In this document: piece after piece, positions 61,769 to 64,000 of the stretch
Layout of the letters: each line of letters begins with the position of its first letter
Position numbering within the stretch: the stretch's first letter is position 1
DNA from: Felis catus
Taxonomy: Eukaryota
NCBI RefSeq assembly: GCF_018350175.1
Contig: NC_058368.1
Span: forward strand, 158,288,001 to 158,352,000
Length of the DNA: 64,000 nt
Direction of reading: 5' to 3'
Position numbers and translations under genes: made by a program
The notes under the pieces: generated by a model
The model's database searches: none
What the model saw: only the letters and a program-made list of their open reading frames with translations
What the model was told of the DNA's origin: nothing

Positions 61769-61900
61769 CTTTTCATAAGAAACTTCATCAAACATTTCCC
61801 GAATCTGAGCAGGATTCTCTACAGCTGTCGACACAGGGTGTGAAGAATTTAATGCGTCTACCTCCATCACATCAAAACACTTGCCAAAGAAATAATCTTC
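61769..61900 (-). CDS. ERAP1: ERAP1 exon 8 equivalent (EDYFFGKCFDVMEVDALNSSHPVSTAVENPAQIREMFDEVSYEK)
   Basis: caatag|GAA...AAG|gtaaaa; 132 nt; contains the M1-family catalytic Tyr (SYEKG). Confidence 0.96.
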
Positions 61901-62185
61901 CTATTGAGACAAAGACTTGATTTATTTTTAGATAAAAAATATGAAAGGACAAATGTTTTATCTGGGCTAGATAGAATTGCAGTTTTCTAAAGAGCATCCT
62001 AGAAACAATTTTAGGTGAACATTTACATTTTGTGCATCTTAAATGCCTATCACTTTAGAAGACAATTTTCTCTTAACTTAAAAATAGAACTATCATTCCT
62101 ATAGTCAAACAGTGCCAAAACAACAAACTGTGTAGTGATTCCAACATCTCCAATCATCTTATTTTAAGGCAAAGAAATTTAAATC

Positions 62186-62394
62186 TTTTTTAATGTTTAT
62201 TTATTTTTGACAGAGAGAGACACAGAGCATGAGCAGGGGAGAGGCAGAGAGAGAGGGAGACACAGAATCCGAAGCAGGCTCCAGGCTCTGAGCTGTCAGC
62301 ACAAAGCCTGACACGGGGCTCAAACTCACAGACCGTGAGATCATGACCTGAGCTGAAGTTGGACGCTCAACCGACTAAGCCACCCAGGCGCCCC
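62186..62394 (-). mobile_element. CanSINE
   Basis: Ends CCAGGCGCCCC; TSD AGAAATTTAAAT at 62173-62184 and 62397-62408. Confidence 0.94.
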
Positions 62395-63211
62395 ATAGAA
62401 ATTTAAATTTAAAACTATGTGGTCAAAAAAAAAATGGAGGACAAATTCCAAATATAATCTAATTTCTTAGGGCATATTACTCAACAGAATAACATACACA
62501 CATCATCATTTTTATTATTAAGGCATATGTGGAAATGGGAAAATATTTATGATCCATTGTAGTACAATAGTTATATAGACATTACAACTATAAATTATGT
62601 GTACAGGAAGATGAAAATGAGAAGTTAATATATGCCTAGGTCAAAATTATAGTGGGGTAAAGGATTGGTTGGGGGATTTTGTTTGTTTTTAAAGTAAGTT
62701 TCTTTTTTAGCTTTACTACATGCGATTTTCACAAGTTAAACACCTGATTTTTAAAATAAACATGTAAAGGTTCCAAAGCATTAAGTTTGGGACTCCCGAG
62801 TATAGGCTCATAAGTAAACAAGTGTGCAGTTACCTAAAACAAGTAGAATCGTATTTGATTTGACAAGCAGGATACTATTGAAATAAAAGCAATCTGTACA
62901 TAATCCTTCAGAGAGGAACCTAATGGTTGAGGAAATGATATGCAACAGACAGGCTGTCATTACTTCTAGCTTTTTTATAATAAGGGAGGATAAGATTTAA
63001 CATAATTTCCTAACAATCACATATTTGGAAATAAGCAATCCAGTTAGGAAATAAGCATTTGTGTTACCTTTCAAGTTCACTAGCATTTTAGAAACCAGAT
63101 TCTTATCTATCAGGGAGTTATTAATATTTCCATGAATTCTATAATCAAAGACCAGCAACACTGAACAAAACAGCAGTATCAACTTGTTAAAAATAAGTAA
63201 ATACTTCTTAC

Positions 63212-63325
63212 AACTTTCAGTTCTGGATGAGTCACAGTGACAGACACAAACTCCATAAACTTCGCAAATCCCTCATTTAGCCAAAGATCATTCCACCATT
63301 CCATAGTCACGAGATTCCCAAACCA
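63212..63325 (-). CDS. ERAP1: ERAP1 exon 7 equivalent ([38 protein letters not shown])
   Basis: ttttag|TGG...GTT|gtaaga; 114 nt; third zinc ligand in LWLNEGFA. Confidence 0.97.
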
Positions 63326-63668
63326 CTAAAAGGAAAGTACTAGATTATTCATACATTTCTACAGAGACTGGATTATCTACACAGTTACAGACATAAGGCA
63401 TTCAGAAGGAAAGATTTCATATGTGCAATGTCAGCATATAAGTAACATTTACAGAATTTTTTATCAAAATAAGAAGAAAAACCTTTCGACATTCATTTTA
63501 AAACATGGGACCTTATGCTTTAAAAGAAATCATTTTTCCTATCGCAAAAAAGACAAAAGATGAATCGATACACTTCATGTATCAATATGAATAGTCTTTC
63601 AAGTCCCATAAAAGCAAAATAGATGTAGTTTCACCACAATTTTTAAAAGTATCATTTATCTTGTGTAC

Positions 63669-63823
63669 CTGGTGGGCGAGTTCATGGGACACAGTCAAAG
63701 TAATGCCAAGCTTATTTGATGCAGAAGACTTTTCAGAATCAAACAATAGAACAGATTCTCTGTATGTGGTCAGTCCCCAGTTTTCCATAGCGCCACTCTC
63801 AAAGTCAGGAATAGCAGCAAGAT
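63669..63823 (-). CDS. ERAP1: ERAP1 exon 6 equivalent ([52 protein letters not shown])
   Basis: ttccaag|AT CTT...CAG|gtacac; 155 nt; GAMEN and HEXXH motifs of M1 aminopeptidases; exons 6-19 total 1907 nt in one frame. Confidence 0.97.
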
Positions 63824-64000
63824 CTTGGAAAGGACACAAAAATGTATTAACAGTCCCTAAACTAGACATTGCCCAAACACACTAACTTTCAGAATGGATG
63901 GGTGTAGGGATCAAAAGAAAAGAATTTATCACAACCTAGAAAAAGAGGCTCAGTGATTCAGGGTTGCTCTGCTATTGCATGACAAAGTCAGATTGGGGCC

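Noticed and set aside
63212..63823. Alternative identity as ERAP2 or LNPEP
   Set aside because: Tail-to-tail position against CAST, the exon-10 Cys loop and the WLQSEKL C-terminus fit ERAP1

Overview
Eukaryotic (mammalian) genomic DNA, almost certainly a felid: it carries young tRNA-derived carnivore SINEs of the feline type and young carnivore L1s. The window covers the convergent CAST-ERAP1 locus. On the + strand I traced 19 consecutive phase-0 coding exons of calpastatin (CAST; end of inhibitory domain 1 through domains 2-4, stop TAA at 33173-33175) plus a non-coding last exon from 34119. On the - strand I traced ERAP1 exons equivalent to human 6-19 (63823 down to stop at 37433), with an unbroken frame and intact GAMEN / HELAH-x18-E / Tyr catalytic motifs. 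Items not visible in the ORF track: (1) a 40-codon testis-type alternative first exon of CAST (MGQFLS..., myristoylation motif) at 3379-3498; (2) an antisense segment in a CAST intron (23468-23496) matching the human ERAP1 alternative last exon (HDPETDPTG* vs recalled HDPEADATG*), although its partner donor in exon 19 is absent; (3) a TSD-bounded L1 3' transduction at 42355-42598; (4) probable overlap of the CAST and ERAP1 3' ends near 35.95-36.15 kb. The remainder is intronic and rich in SINE/L1/L2/MIR/MER5 repeats. Human residue and exon numbers are from memory and were not checked against a database. No prokaryotic-type systems, RNA genes or CRISPR arrays were found.
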